64,000 nucleotides of DNA, from contig OZ024750.1 in NCBI GenBank assembly GCA_964016885.1, positions 29,698,001 through 29,762,000 on the forward strand. Direction: 5' to 3'. A program made the position numbers and the translations under genes. Positions 53,444 to 64,000 of this stretch are shown one piece after another. This DNA is from Eledone cirrhosa (taxonomy: Eukaryota). The first letter of the stretch is position 1, and the number at the start of each line of letters is the position of its first letter. The notes beneath the pieces were generated by a model that made no database searches, was not told the origin of the DNA, and was given only the letters and a program-made list of their open reading frames with translations.

Positions 53444-53627
53444 CTGGCAGTATCGGTAGAGGGTCAGACACCATGCTTTGCAGCAAAGAGTTACAGCCCT
53501 TTATGTTCAGAGTTCAAATCCCGCCGAGGTTAACTTTGCCTTTCGTCCTTACGGGGTCCATAAAATAAAGTACCAGTAATACACTGGGATAATTGCTGGC
53601 CTTGTGCCAAAAGTAGAAACAATTATT
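53444..53627 (+). mobile_element. SINE family A
   Basis: TGGCAGTATCGGTAGA..GAGTTCAAATCC..core..TAGAAACAATTATT. Confidence 0.85.
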
Positions 53628-55384
53628 AGTAATGGTAGAAATTAAAAGTCTAAGCAATTATATAAATTTACATATACGTATTTATATATTATGTATAAAT
53701 ATGTGTGTTTATATGCATATCTGTGTGTGTGTGTGTGCATGCGTCCGAGCGTGTCTGTTCGCGCTGGCACACTCTTTCCCTCTCTCTCTTCTAACCCCTC
53801 CTCCTCCTCTCTCTCTCTCTTTCGCTCTATCCTTCTCTCTCACCATCTCTTTCCCTCTCTTTCGTCCACTTCGTCAATCCTTCTCTCTCACCATCTCTTT
53901 CCCTTTCTCTTTTTCTCACTCTCTCTTTCGTTCTCTTCATCAATCCTTCTCTCTCACCATCTCTTTCCCTTTCCCTTTTTCTCACCCTCTCTTTCGTCCC
54001 CTTCATCTATCTTACCATCTCTTCCCCTCTCTCTCTCTCTCTCTCTTTACATGTCTATCTCCCTCTCTTTTTCTGAATGCTACAACAGATGCTAACTGCT
54101 GTTGCCACTTCTTTCTGTCGCGTCTCCAGGAGACGACTAATAGAGAAGAGGGAGGAGTAGAAAGAGGTGAGACAGGAAAGGTGGTGGTAGGGGTGAAGAA
54201 GAAGGGAGGGGGGAGGCATATAGTGTAAAGAGACGTAGCGGATATGTATATATGTAGATATTTATGTGTGCATATGTTTATCTATATATGTATGTATGTG
54301 TATATATGCGTATTTATGCATATATGTATATAAGTATATATATATATACACACACAAACACTTACATCTCTCTCTTTATATATATATATATATATAAGGG
54401 ATGGTATTAGTGGTGGTGGTTGGGTTCTGATGATGTTTGGTGATGGTGGTGATGGTGGTGATGATGTTGATAGTTGTAGTGATGTTGATGGTGGTGATGG
54501 CGGTGGTATTAGCGTCCGCAAAAAAATGTAGTGGGGAGAGAGAGAGAGAGAAGGGGGAGGGGTGTAGAGCATGCTACCAGAGTAAACGCAGTAGTTATGG
54601 TGATGGTAATGGTAGGAGGGAACGGTGGTGATGGTAAGGACGAGAAGGCGGCGGTGGAGAAGTATGGGTGAAAGGGTGGTGGTGGTGATGGTATCGGTAG
54701 GAGGGGGTGGTAGAGGGATACTTTAAAAAATTCTCAGCTTTTCATTCCTACACACACGCACATAGATATATACGCACATATAATATGTATCTCTATGTGT
54801 GTATGTGTAAACGGGTTGTTTCGCACGCATGTATGTATATATAAAGTTTGTAAATATGCACAAAGGTTAAATCACACGCACACACACACACACACACACA
54901 TCTACATCTACATACCGATACAACTCTACATACAACTACATCACCATCTTAACAGCTACATCAACACTCAGACATACATCTACACTCACAAACATCTACA
55001 CACACATACATACATCTACATGCAGATACATCTACATACACACACATCTACACACGCACATACATCTGCACGCAGATAGATCTACACACACATACATCTA
55101 CATACACACATCTACACATATCTACATACATACACCTACACATATACATCTGCACACACACACATACATACGTCTACACATTTACATCCACACACACGCA
55201 TCTACATACATCTATATACACACTTTTACACACACACAAACACACATACATCTACACATTTACATCCGCACACAGACACATCTACACACAGATACATCTA
55301 CACACTCACATATATGACAAGACAAACATGTATTAGTTACCTGGCTGAATATTTCATTGGTACCCTTGCGCCATTTTATTTTGG

Positions 55385-56250
55385 ATGGTGGGGTGGGGGT
55401 AGGACCATGTACTGACCATCGTCTGCTAACCAAGGCGTAGGGCCACATACTGACTATCGTCTACTAACTACGGGGTAGGGTGTAGGGTTATATACTGACC
55501 ATCGTCTGCTAACCACGGGGTAGAGGGTAAGGAGATATACTGACCATCGTCTGCTAACCACGGGGTAGGGGGTAGGGCTATTGTCTGACCATGGTCTGCT
55601 AACCACGGGGTAGGGGGTAGGGCTATTGTCTGACCATTGTCTGCTAACCACGGGGTAGGGGGATGCTGACCATTCGTCTGCTAACCCCAGGGTAGGGGGT
55701 AGGGACATGCTGACTATCGTCTGCTAATCCCGGAGTAGGGGTAGGGACATGCTGACCATCGTCTGTTAACCACGGGGAAGGGACATGCTGATCATCGTCA
55801 ACTAACCACGGGGTAGGAGTAGGGCCACATACTGACTATCGTCTGCTAACCACGGGGTAGGGGGTAAGGACATGCTGACCATCGTCTGCTAACCATGGAG
55901 TAGGGGGTATTGGTAGGGCTATAGACTGACCATCGTCTGCTAACCACGGGCTAGGGGGTAATGACATAGACTGACCGTCGTCTGCTAACTACGGGGTAGG
56001 GGTAGGGCCACATACTGACCATCGTCTGCTAACCATGAGGTAGGGGGTAGGGACATGCTGACCATCGTCTGCTAACCACGGGGTAGGGGGTATTGATAGG
56101 GCTATAGACTGACCATCGTCTGCTAACCACTGGATAGGGGGTAGGGGTAGGGCTATAGACTGACCATCGTCTGCTAGTCACATGTATTTCGTGAAGGTGG
56201 GGGTGTTGTAGGAGGTAGGGACATGTGTTGAACATCCATCGTCTGCTGGT
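55385..56250. repeat. G-rich ~35-52 bp minisatellite, ~19 copies
   Basis: CTGACCATCGTCTGCTAACCAC-GGGGTAGGGGGTAGGG-ACATG. Confidence 0.9.
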
Positions 56251-56588
56251 CACAGATTTATTTCGTAACAGAATGGAAATATAGAAGAAATTATTTTGGG
56301 ACCCTTTCCAGTCACCCAGCCCCTTAAATATGCCACCGATATAAACACATACATTAATACACATGCATAGAAACATACACATACACACGCATACATAGAA
56401 TCACATACGTAGAAACACATGTACGTATGCACGCACAAACAGATACACATAAATATACGCATACAAATACATCCATACATACATACACACACATATGTAC
56501 ATATATGAACATACACATACATACACACATGTCTATATGCACACACTCACATCTTTACTTAAGCCACCTCTCTTCATATTCCTTGAAG

Positions 56589-56589
56589 T

Positions 56590-56663
<74 letters not shown>

Positions 56664-56684
56664 TAGACAGACAGACAGATAGAC
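56589..56684. repeat. (GACA)n/(GATA) microsatellite abutting the LINE 3' end
   Basis: About 23 tetramer units. Confidence 0.95.
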
Positions 56685-56909
56685 AAATTTCTGTTTATTT
56701 GCCACTAGGGCACAAAAGAAAGGGACATGTACATGGGTGGGGGGGAGTTTACATAAAAATCGAGTAAGAAAAATATAACAAACAAAATAATAACAAGAAG
56801 GTCCTCAATAGGGAGGGATCGTTTTGGGGTCACACACACCCCCGAAAAAAGTGTGCGACCCTTCTCCACGGGAGCACAAAGAGAGGGTGCTCCCTCCTTT
56901 CTGTTCCAC

Positions 56910-59900
56910 CTACAGGCTGAGGTAGAGAGAAGGCCCATTCACACGGGCCATTCTCGCAACTTTCACCCACCTTTCATAAAACTGGCTGGAGTGGAGCACC
57001 TCTCTCTCCATCCTGATCCTTCTTCCGAAATGGTATCGGAAAAAAAGGACCAGTTGTTGGCCGGAGAGAAAGGTGTCCGACCTCAGCCCTTTTAGACGCG
57101 TCCACCATATAGCCTCTTTTACCATGGCTATTACACAGAGGAAGACCGCCTCTCCTTCATTTTTGAAGGGGGGAGGCGGCTTGATCGTTACAATGGACTC
57201 GGTGGTCAACCTAATTGGTCCCACCCGTGACAGCAGTTGTTCAACATAGCCCCACAGATCGGCAACGCCCGGGCAGTGCACCAATGCGTGCGCGACGGTT
57301 TCCTCGTCGCGCACGCATCTGGGACAGATCTTTTTCGAGGGGTCCCTACCCGGGCGCCCGTGTCTGTAGAGCTTATCCCGAACGGGCAGAGCCCCTCGGT
57401 AGCACTGCCAGGCCAAGGACTTCTGGAAGTTGTCCATAGGTCCCGGGCCGAAAGTCCTACCGAATAGACTGGCCAGTTCGTCCTCCTCCATGCCTAGGGC
57501 TTCTCCGAGGGCGTCGTCGCACCCGCTAACCACCAGCCCTCTATAGAATGACGAGGTGGAGTCTCCGTCGATAGCCGGGTCCGCCTGCCAGAGAGCCGTG
57601 AGCGCCTGGGCACACTCGGTGTGCCAGTCGCCCAGTTTTCTCGGTCTTTGCTTCACCCAGGACTGCAGCTCGGTGAGCGAGACGAGCCTCGGGAAGGCTC
57701 GCCTCACAAACGGGGCCCACACCGGTTGACCGGTGAGGAATACGTGGAGGTGCCTTAGCCTCAATGCGTGTTTACGCATTTTTAGCCACGGCATCCCCAG
57801 CCCTCCTTTCAAAGGGTGTTGACAGCAGATGGATCTCCTCACTAGAGGAGACTTCTTCCAAAGGAAATAAAAGAGGGCGCGCTCCATTTTGGCGAGGATC
57901 TCACCCGGGCAAGGCACGACAGTCAAGCGGTAATAGATGACGGACGCTATGTAAGCGTTCGCCACCTCCGCCCGACCTTTTAGGGATAGTTTGCACTCGG
58001 CCCACTTCTGGGTCAGTGCAAACACCCTATTCGTCACCTCACCCCAGTTTTTCTCCACCTGGAGGTCCGGTCCGAACCAGACCCCAAGCAACTTCACCGG
58101 GCCCTCCGTCCACCGTCCGACGATACCGTCGCACGACATCGCTTTGCCCCTCCACTCGCCGAGTTGCAAAGCGACTAACTTGTCCCGGTTCAGCTTAGCC
58201 CCTGTCAACCTTTCGTACTCCTCTAGTAAGGTGCCGATTGCCTCGATTTCCGAGGCGGTCGACACCATTACTGTTACGTCATCGGCGTAGGCCGACACCG
58301 CTTTGCGCAATCCCGGTTCCAAAGGGATGCCCTGCAACAACTCCAACTTCCGCAGTAATGGCTCGAGAGTCAATACATACAGAAGGGAGGAGAGAGGGCA
58401 CCCCTGTCGGATGGAGCGGGTGATTTCGAACGGCTCCGAAAGGTAGCCGTTCACCTTGACTCTAGAGCAGATGCGGCTGCTGTGCATGGCAGTGATCCAG
58501 CCCCTGAAAACGGGTCCGAACCCAGCCGCCGCTAGCACCGCATCCAGGTAACCATGGTCCACCCTATCGAACGCTTTAGACTGATCTAAATTTATCAGGG
58601 CCCCACCAAAGCCGGGTTCGTTCCCAACCCTCTCTATGATGTATCGCATGAGGTGGAGGTTGTCGTGGATGGACCTGGACGGGATAGCGCATGTCTGCGC
58701 ATCTCCCACCAGGCCCCCCCACGACAAGCGCCAACCTCTTCGCTAACACCTTCGCCAAAATCTTTAACTCTGCATTTAGCAGAGTTATGGGCCTAAAATT
58801 ACTAATGTCATCCCCCTTGTTCTCGTCCTTCCTCACTAGCGAGACTACGCCCTTGGTCACAGAACAGGGAATTCTCCCGTTCTGTTGCCAGTTGCAGTAG
58901 ACCGCCTCGAGGAGATCGGGGAACAAGTCCGGCATATTAATATATAGTTCGTAGGGCAGACCATCGAGTCCTGGAGATTTGCGTTTGCCGCATAGGCTCA
59001 GCACGTCCCCTATTTCAGCAGCTGAGATCGGCCCGTCGCAGGACCTCGCCTCCCTGTCCGAAAGACGCGGCAGGCCGTCGAGGTATGGACCGAAATCCAC
59101 ATCTGCAACCGGCTCCCCGCCCCTCCCGAACAATTGGGCAAAGTGCCTTTGAAAGGCCTCGCACATTTGCTTAGGTTCAAGGATCAGCCGTCCATCCTGG
59201 TCTCGCAAAGACCGGATAGTGGATTTAATCCCACTTTTCGCTTCTGTCACGCGGGCCCAGCTAACAGCTTTGGTCCCCTCGTTTCCCAGAGCACGTATTT
59301 TGCTTCGGACAACGCAGCCTTCGTGTTTCGCGTCGAAGAACTGGTTCAAGACCGTTCTCGACGCTTGCACTCTGGCCACGTTGCCGCTTCTCATTGCCTC
59401 TTCAACATTAACTACCAACTCCCTTTCCTTCCTATTTCTATCTGAGGCTAACTCCTTACTAACTCCTATTGAAACTACTCTAATCTCTCTTTTTAGAGAG
59501 CCCCACCACCTGTTGTTGACGATGGCGCCCGTCAACTGCTCCTTAACTAAGGTTCTAATCCGGTCCCTGTAAGCTCTACTTGCCGGTAAGGACAAGTTGA
59601 GCTTCCAGTAACCGGGCCCCTGCCTATGCGTTCTATCAAGGTGGACTACGCAGGTCACTAACTTGTGGTCTGAATAGCCCACCATGAGCATTTCTGGGCA
59701 ACTTAAAAAGTCCCTATCCTTAATTCTAACTAAGAACCTATCTAGGTACGATCTAGATTGACCACTGTTATTTGACCAGGTCCAGGTTGGTACAGTCGGA
59801 AAATCTAGTCGGTATCTATCGGCCAGGTCGAATCGGCCGATTAACCCCTTAAGGCTGTTACACCCCCCTCTATCGGGACATGCCCCTACATAGTCCCAAC

Positions 59901-60345
59901 GTGCATCTAGGATACCATTCCAGTCCCCCACTAAAAGCAAGGAGCGGGACGTCCCTAGAAAAGTCTCCAGACGATGGAAGAAGTCCGACCGCATTGCCCC
60001 AAAAGGGGCGTATACGGCGACAAGCCTAAAAGCTTCGCCTTCGCCATTGCCAAGGTCCAGAACCACGAGTCGACCCTCCGGGTCCAAGTGTACCGTCTGT
60101 GTAGCGAGACCCAGATGTTTTTGCAGCAGAACGACAACCCCACCCCCACCTCCGGGCTGACAGAGAGATGCGTGCATCTCAAAGTCATCAAAGGTGGGGG
60201 TTAGCTGTCGCATGCTGCTGATCCGGGCCTCGCAAATAACCATCACATTTACACATTGTGACCTGAGGTCACTTAGAAGTTTAGCTTGCTTCCAAGGTGA
60301 GCCCAGGCCACGCGCATTTAGACAACCCACTCTTAAGACAGCCAT
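56910..60345 (-). CDS. LINE ORF2: APE endonuclease + reverse transcriptase + C-terminal CCHC; single +1 frameshift at ~58714-58720
   Basis: APE motifs NARGL, VYAP, GDWN, YLDRFL, SDHK, GYWKLN. RT motifs KSPGLDG, FRPITLLN, DQSKAFDRV, IRQGCPLS, YADD, LLGV, GGLG. Zn motif CPRC..ETVAHALVHC. Removing one G from the G7 run joins the two ORFs into ~1144 aa. Confidence 0.93.
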
Positions 60346-60368
60346 GTTGGTGGCAAAGAAAGAGGCAC

Positions 60369-62129
60369 TTACCTCTCTGCGTCCCGGGGTTCGGGTCGCT
60401 CAGTTTCCATGGGGCTGGTGGCGGGGTTGATGGGTGGGGTGGTGGTTTGTGGTGTTGTGGGGGTATTGGTGTGTGGAGGGGTTGGGATCTTTGGAGTTGT
60501 GTGGGTGTTTGAGGAGGGGAGGGGAAAACCTTTCAGGAGGACGCGGTTGAGTGGCCTGGTGCAGGGTGGGCCCACGTCCTCAGGGTACATGTCTTTTAAA
60601 GTTTTAAAAATGTCAAGTGGGATTTTCACCATTTTCAGGTTAGGGAGCCCCATTGCCGTTACGAAATTCGGCCCTTCGGTTTGTATCGAAGGGTTGGTTT
60701 CTATTTTTAAAGTTAGGTTTTCATTGTTTTTGTTTATGTATGTGTAGAGTTTTTGTGTTGTTGTGTTTGTTTTTGCTTGTTGTTGTTGAGTGAGTTTGCG
60801 TTTTATTGTCTGTGTTGTGTTGTCAGGTGGGGTTATTTTTGTTGTTGTGGTGTGTGTACGTTTTTTTCTTTTCACTTTTTGGAAGGGAGCCCCCTCGTCT
60901 TCCGACGATATGAGCTCCTCTTCCGTATTGGAGGGGAGGGGTATATCTCCGGGTTGTGTATGAACTGTTTTTGTATTTGTGTTCTGTGGGGTGGGGCTGG
61001 GTGGGACCGTGTTTTGGGTTGTTTTCTTGAGCTGTTGTTGATGTTGTTGTTGTTGTTGTGGTGGTGGTGGTGGTGGTGTTGTTGGTTTTTGTTGTTCTGG
61101 TGGAGATGGTAGTGTATTTTGTTGTTTTTGTGATGGTGGTGCTGGTTGTTTTTGTTGTTGTTGTGGTGTTTGTAGCAGTGGTTTTTTAGTTGTTAGTAGA
61201 GGGCAGGCCGTCCTCAGGTGACCTCTGCCAGCGCAGTGGTAACATGAGGGTCTCCTGCCTTCCACTGTGATATTTATGTAGGTTCGCCCATCCAGTAGCA
61301 CTCGGTCGGGTATTCCGGAGATTCTCTCAGGTGTCATCTGTAAGAGAACCTCCAGACTTTTCCCCCCGAACAGTCCACTGGTGGACTCCCCTGCTGAAAT
61401 TAGTATGTCCTTATCTAGGTCGGTAAATCCTGTTAGGACGGACCAGATGTTAATTTCTGGCGTAGGGCTCCACATTCTTATTCTTTGTGTTCTTCTTCCT
61501 TTATATGTGGGGAAGAAGGTGTATTGTGGTGACACTATAGGTGCCACCGAATATTTCTGAGCCAGCATTTCGTCCTTCATTCGGACCATAATGCTGGCAT
61601 ACAGCTTTCCTCTTTGAATAAAGAGTATGTCATTTTTAATTTCTTTCAGAACCAGCTCGATTTGACTTTCGGTCAATTGCGCTGGCTTTCTCGTTTCGTT
61701 GGTTATGGTTCTGAAGCTTACGGTATTCTTGTAAATCTGTTGACGCACTTCTTCTGGGGAGTTGATCGTAAAAGAACCATCCTCCCCAAAAGATACGTAT
61801 TTTCTAGCCTCTAGCAAATTTTCCTTGGCGTTCGTGATGTCAATGGCTTTGTACTCCGTGGCTCTCTTGAGTGTTTGGGCAAAAGAAATTTTGTCTTTGT
61901 TTGTTGTTGTAATGTTGTTGGTTTCCTTATTTGTGGTGTTATTTTTTTCTTGAAAATTAATTTTTTCATTTGAATTGAAATTCTTTTTTTCATTGGAGAG
62001 GAGGGGTTGTTCAACAGTTTGAACTGTTGTTCCCTCTTTCCCGCTTGTTTTTTTGGTCGGCGTGGCGTTCGCTTCCAATATGGCGATATCGTTTTCGACG
62101 ATATCGTTATCAACGATATCGATGAACAT
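60369..62129 (-). CDS. LINE ORF1, gag-like nucleic-acid-binding protein (586 aa)
   Basis: Intact ORF directly upstream of ORF2; zinc knuckle CYHCAGRGHLRTAC (CX2CX4HX4C); P/Q/T-rich linker and basic KVKRKKR. Confidence 0.88.
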   Translation of the reverse strand: MFIDIVDNDIVENDIAILEANATPTKKTSGKEGTTVQTVEQPLLSNEKKNFNSNEKINFQEKNNTTNKETNNITTTNKDKISFAQTLKRATEYKAIDITNAKENLLEARKYVSFGEDGSFTINSPEEVRQQIYKNTVSFRTITNETRKPAQLTESQIELVLKEIKNDILFIQRGKLYASIMVRMKDEMLAQKYSVAPIVSPQYTFFPTYKGRRTQRIRMWSPTPEINIWSVLTGFTDLDKDILISAGESTSGLFGGKSLEVLLQMTPERISGIPDRVLLDGRTYINITVEGRRPSCYHCAGRGHLRTACPLLTTKKPLLQTPQQQQKQPAPPSQKQQNTLPSPPEQQKPTTPPPPPPQQQQQHQQQLKKTTQNTVPPSPTPQNTNTKTVHTQPGDIPLPSNTEEELISSEDEGAPFQKVKRKKRTHTTTTKITPPDNTTQTIKRKLTQQQQAKTNTTTQKLYTYINKNNENLTLKIETNPSIQTEGPNFVTAMGLPNLKMVKIPLDIFKTLKDMYPEDVGPPCTRPLNRVLLKGFPLPSSNTHTTPKIPTPPHTNTPTTPQTTTPPINPATSPMETERPEPRDAER

Positions 62130-62344
62130 TTCTCAAATATTTATTTTTCACCCCAAAAGGGGTGAAAATATATTTACCCGACGTCTAGAGTCCCAGACTA
62201 GGGGTTACAGTTAATTATACAAAATAATTCAAAAAAATCCACTCACAAAATTAGCAGGTAAAAATCCAAATCACAGAGCGATATGACACACGTCTACTAT
62301 CCTCAGACAGACAGACAGACAGATAGACAGCCAGATAGACAGAT

Positions 62345-62720
62345 AAATATGTTTCTTTATTAGCCACAGGGGCACAAAAGAAGGGGACAAATACAAAGGG
62401 GGAAGTTTACATACAATAAAAACGTGTAAAATATTATCACAAATGCAATTTAAAAAATTAGTCGATTTTCCCCAATAGGGGGAGACAGTTCATATGGGTA
62501 ACACATACCCCCGAAAAAATGTGCAACCCTCATCTCCAGGAGTACGAAGAGTTTGTACACCTTTCCTCTGCTCCTCCTTTTCCTCAACCTACAGGCTGAT
62601 CTAGAGAGAAGGCCCATTCACTCGGGCCATTCTCGCCACTTTCGCCCACCTTTCATAAAACTTGCTGGGGTACAGCACCTCTCTCTCCACCCTGATTCTT
62701 CTTCCAAAGTGGGTATTTGA
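62345..62720 (-). mobile_element. 5'-truncated Tx1-type LINE copy 2
   Basis: Encodes HFGRRIRVEREVLYPSKFYERWAKVARMARVNGPSL, followed by a homologous 3' UTR ending GTGGCTAATAAAGAAA. Confidence 0.9.
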
Positions 62721-62756
62721 AAAAAAGAGATAGATAGACAGACAGACAGATAGATA

Positions 62757-63286
62757 AATTTCTTTATTAGCCACAAGGGCACAAAAGAAGGGGACAAATA
62801 CAAATGGGGAGTTTACATACAGGTATATGAAAATAAAACTATTAATAAAACAACAAATAACAATTGAAATCCCCAATAGGGGGGAGGCGTTACACAGGGG
62901 TTGTACACACCCCGAAAAAATGTAGAACCCTCATCTCCACGAGCACCAAGAGTGAGTACTCCCTTCTTCTCTTCCTCATTTTCCTCAACCTACAGAGAGA
63001 AGGTCCAACCACTCGGGCCATCTTTGCTACATTCACCCACCTTTCAGTAAATTTACTGGGGTGCAGTGCCTCTCTCTCCACTCTGATTCTCCTTCTAAAG
63101 TGGTACCTAAAGAAGGGAATGAGTTGTTGTCGAGAAGAGAGAGAAAGGCATCTGTCCTCTCAATCTCGTCCACCATATAACCTCTTTCACCATAGCCACT
63201 GTACAGAGGAAAACCGCCTCTCTTTCGTTTTTCAAAGAAGTTGGCGGTTTGATCCTTACTATGGACTCGGCAGTCAACTGGATGGC
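62757..63286 (-). mobile_element. 5'-truncated Tx1-type LINE copy 3 (more diverged)
   Basis: Encodes IQLTAESIVRIKPP..EAVFLCTVAMVKEVIWWTRL..EREALHPSKFTERWVNVAKMARVVGPSL with a frameshift; homologous 3' UTR. Confidence 0.9.
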
Positions 63287-64000
63287 AGACGGACAGATAG
63301 ATAGACAAACTGACATATAGATAGATAGACATACAGACGCAAAGACAGATATATAAACACTCATATATACATACATATGGTGGTGGCTGCCAACTCGTTT
63401 TCGAGTACGGCCACTACTTTATATCCATGTAGGAGAACCCCTACCGATGCGCTGAACGAGTGTGACTTCCCAGTCCAGCCAGCGACTTGAAAACTCTGGT
63501 ACAAACACTACACTTGTGACAATTATTGACACATAGTGCTGGGCCCATGGTACCATGTGACGACAAGTGCAGAGAGATCTCCAGATATAAAGCAATGCCT
63601 GTGCTGTGAAGCTTTTATAGTGAGCAAAAGCACTGCACAAAGCCAGTCCCACTCTCTTAACCAAGATGATATTTACCAAAAAGAAGAACAAGTCAACATC
63701 GTTGGATACCATCAGGGCTGTAGGTGTTATATCAGAGTTTTCCTTCTCCTAGAATTCTGCCTTGACAAAGGCTAAGGGGTCATCTCTCCCGGTGATTTTG
63801 GATGGCCATTGACTCTTAAGAGCTTCTTTGCCCTTTGACAGGTTTTGTTTTTAGTCCTGCAAGATGTCCAGTCACCCTCCTCTCCAAGAAACCTTGGTGG
63901 GGTTGCCAGTTTAGTCGCCAACGACCCGACCATGGGACAGGTTGTACTGGGATACATGTTACCAGTAGCACCAACTGGTGACCTGACATAACATACATAT

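Larger units (their letters stand above)
56685..62305 (-). mobile_element. full-length Tx1-type (L1 group) non-LTR retrotransposon
   Basis: ~175-bp 5' UTR, ORF1, 23-bp spacer, ORF2, and a 3' UTR ending AATAAACAGAAATT with no poly(A); both ends in (GACA)n. Confidence 0.92.

Noticed and set aside
63380-64000. Unique-looking segment with short ORFs
   Set aside because: No recognisable protein motif. It may be part of another retroelement cut by the window edge, but this is unsupported.

Overview
This is a repeat-saturated eukaryotic intergenic or intronic window. The dense (TA)n/(CA)n microsatellites and the SINE families suggest an octopus/cephalopod genome (inference). I found no convincing host protein-coding exon; almost all long ORFs in the track are artefacts of tandem arrays whose unit lengths are multiples of 3. 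About half the window is minisatellite: a 14.4-kb 27-bp array, two (CCA)-derived arrays, and 36-bp and 48-bp arrays that both derive from the 3' end of the same SINE. The only real coding unit is a near-intact, full-length Tx1/L1-group LINE on the minus strand (~56685-62305). It has a CCHC ORF1 and an APE-RT-Zn ORF2 broken by one extra G in a homopolymer. Two further 5'-truncated, diverged relatives follow it, and every junction of all three copies lies in (GACA/GATA)n, which suggests a microsatellite-targeting LINE. A second theme is a set of short elements in (TA)n tracts that carry hammerhead ribozyme (HHR) motifs, probably Penelope-like element remnants. There are two complete type-I HHRs with different palindromic stem III sequences, several decayed ones, and three fold-back elements made of an inverted HHR 3' half plus a conserved tail. 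The window also holds many tRNA-derived SINEs, an RTE fragment with an internal 96-bp expansion, a hAT MITE whose empty site occurs in the same window, and a Tc1/mariner MITE.
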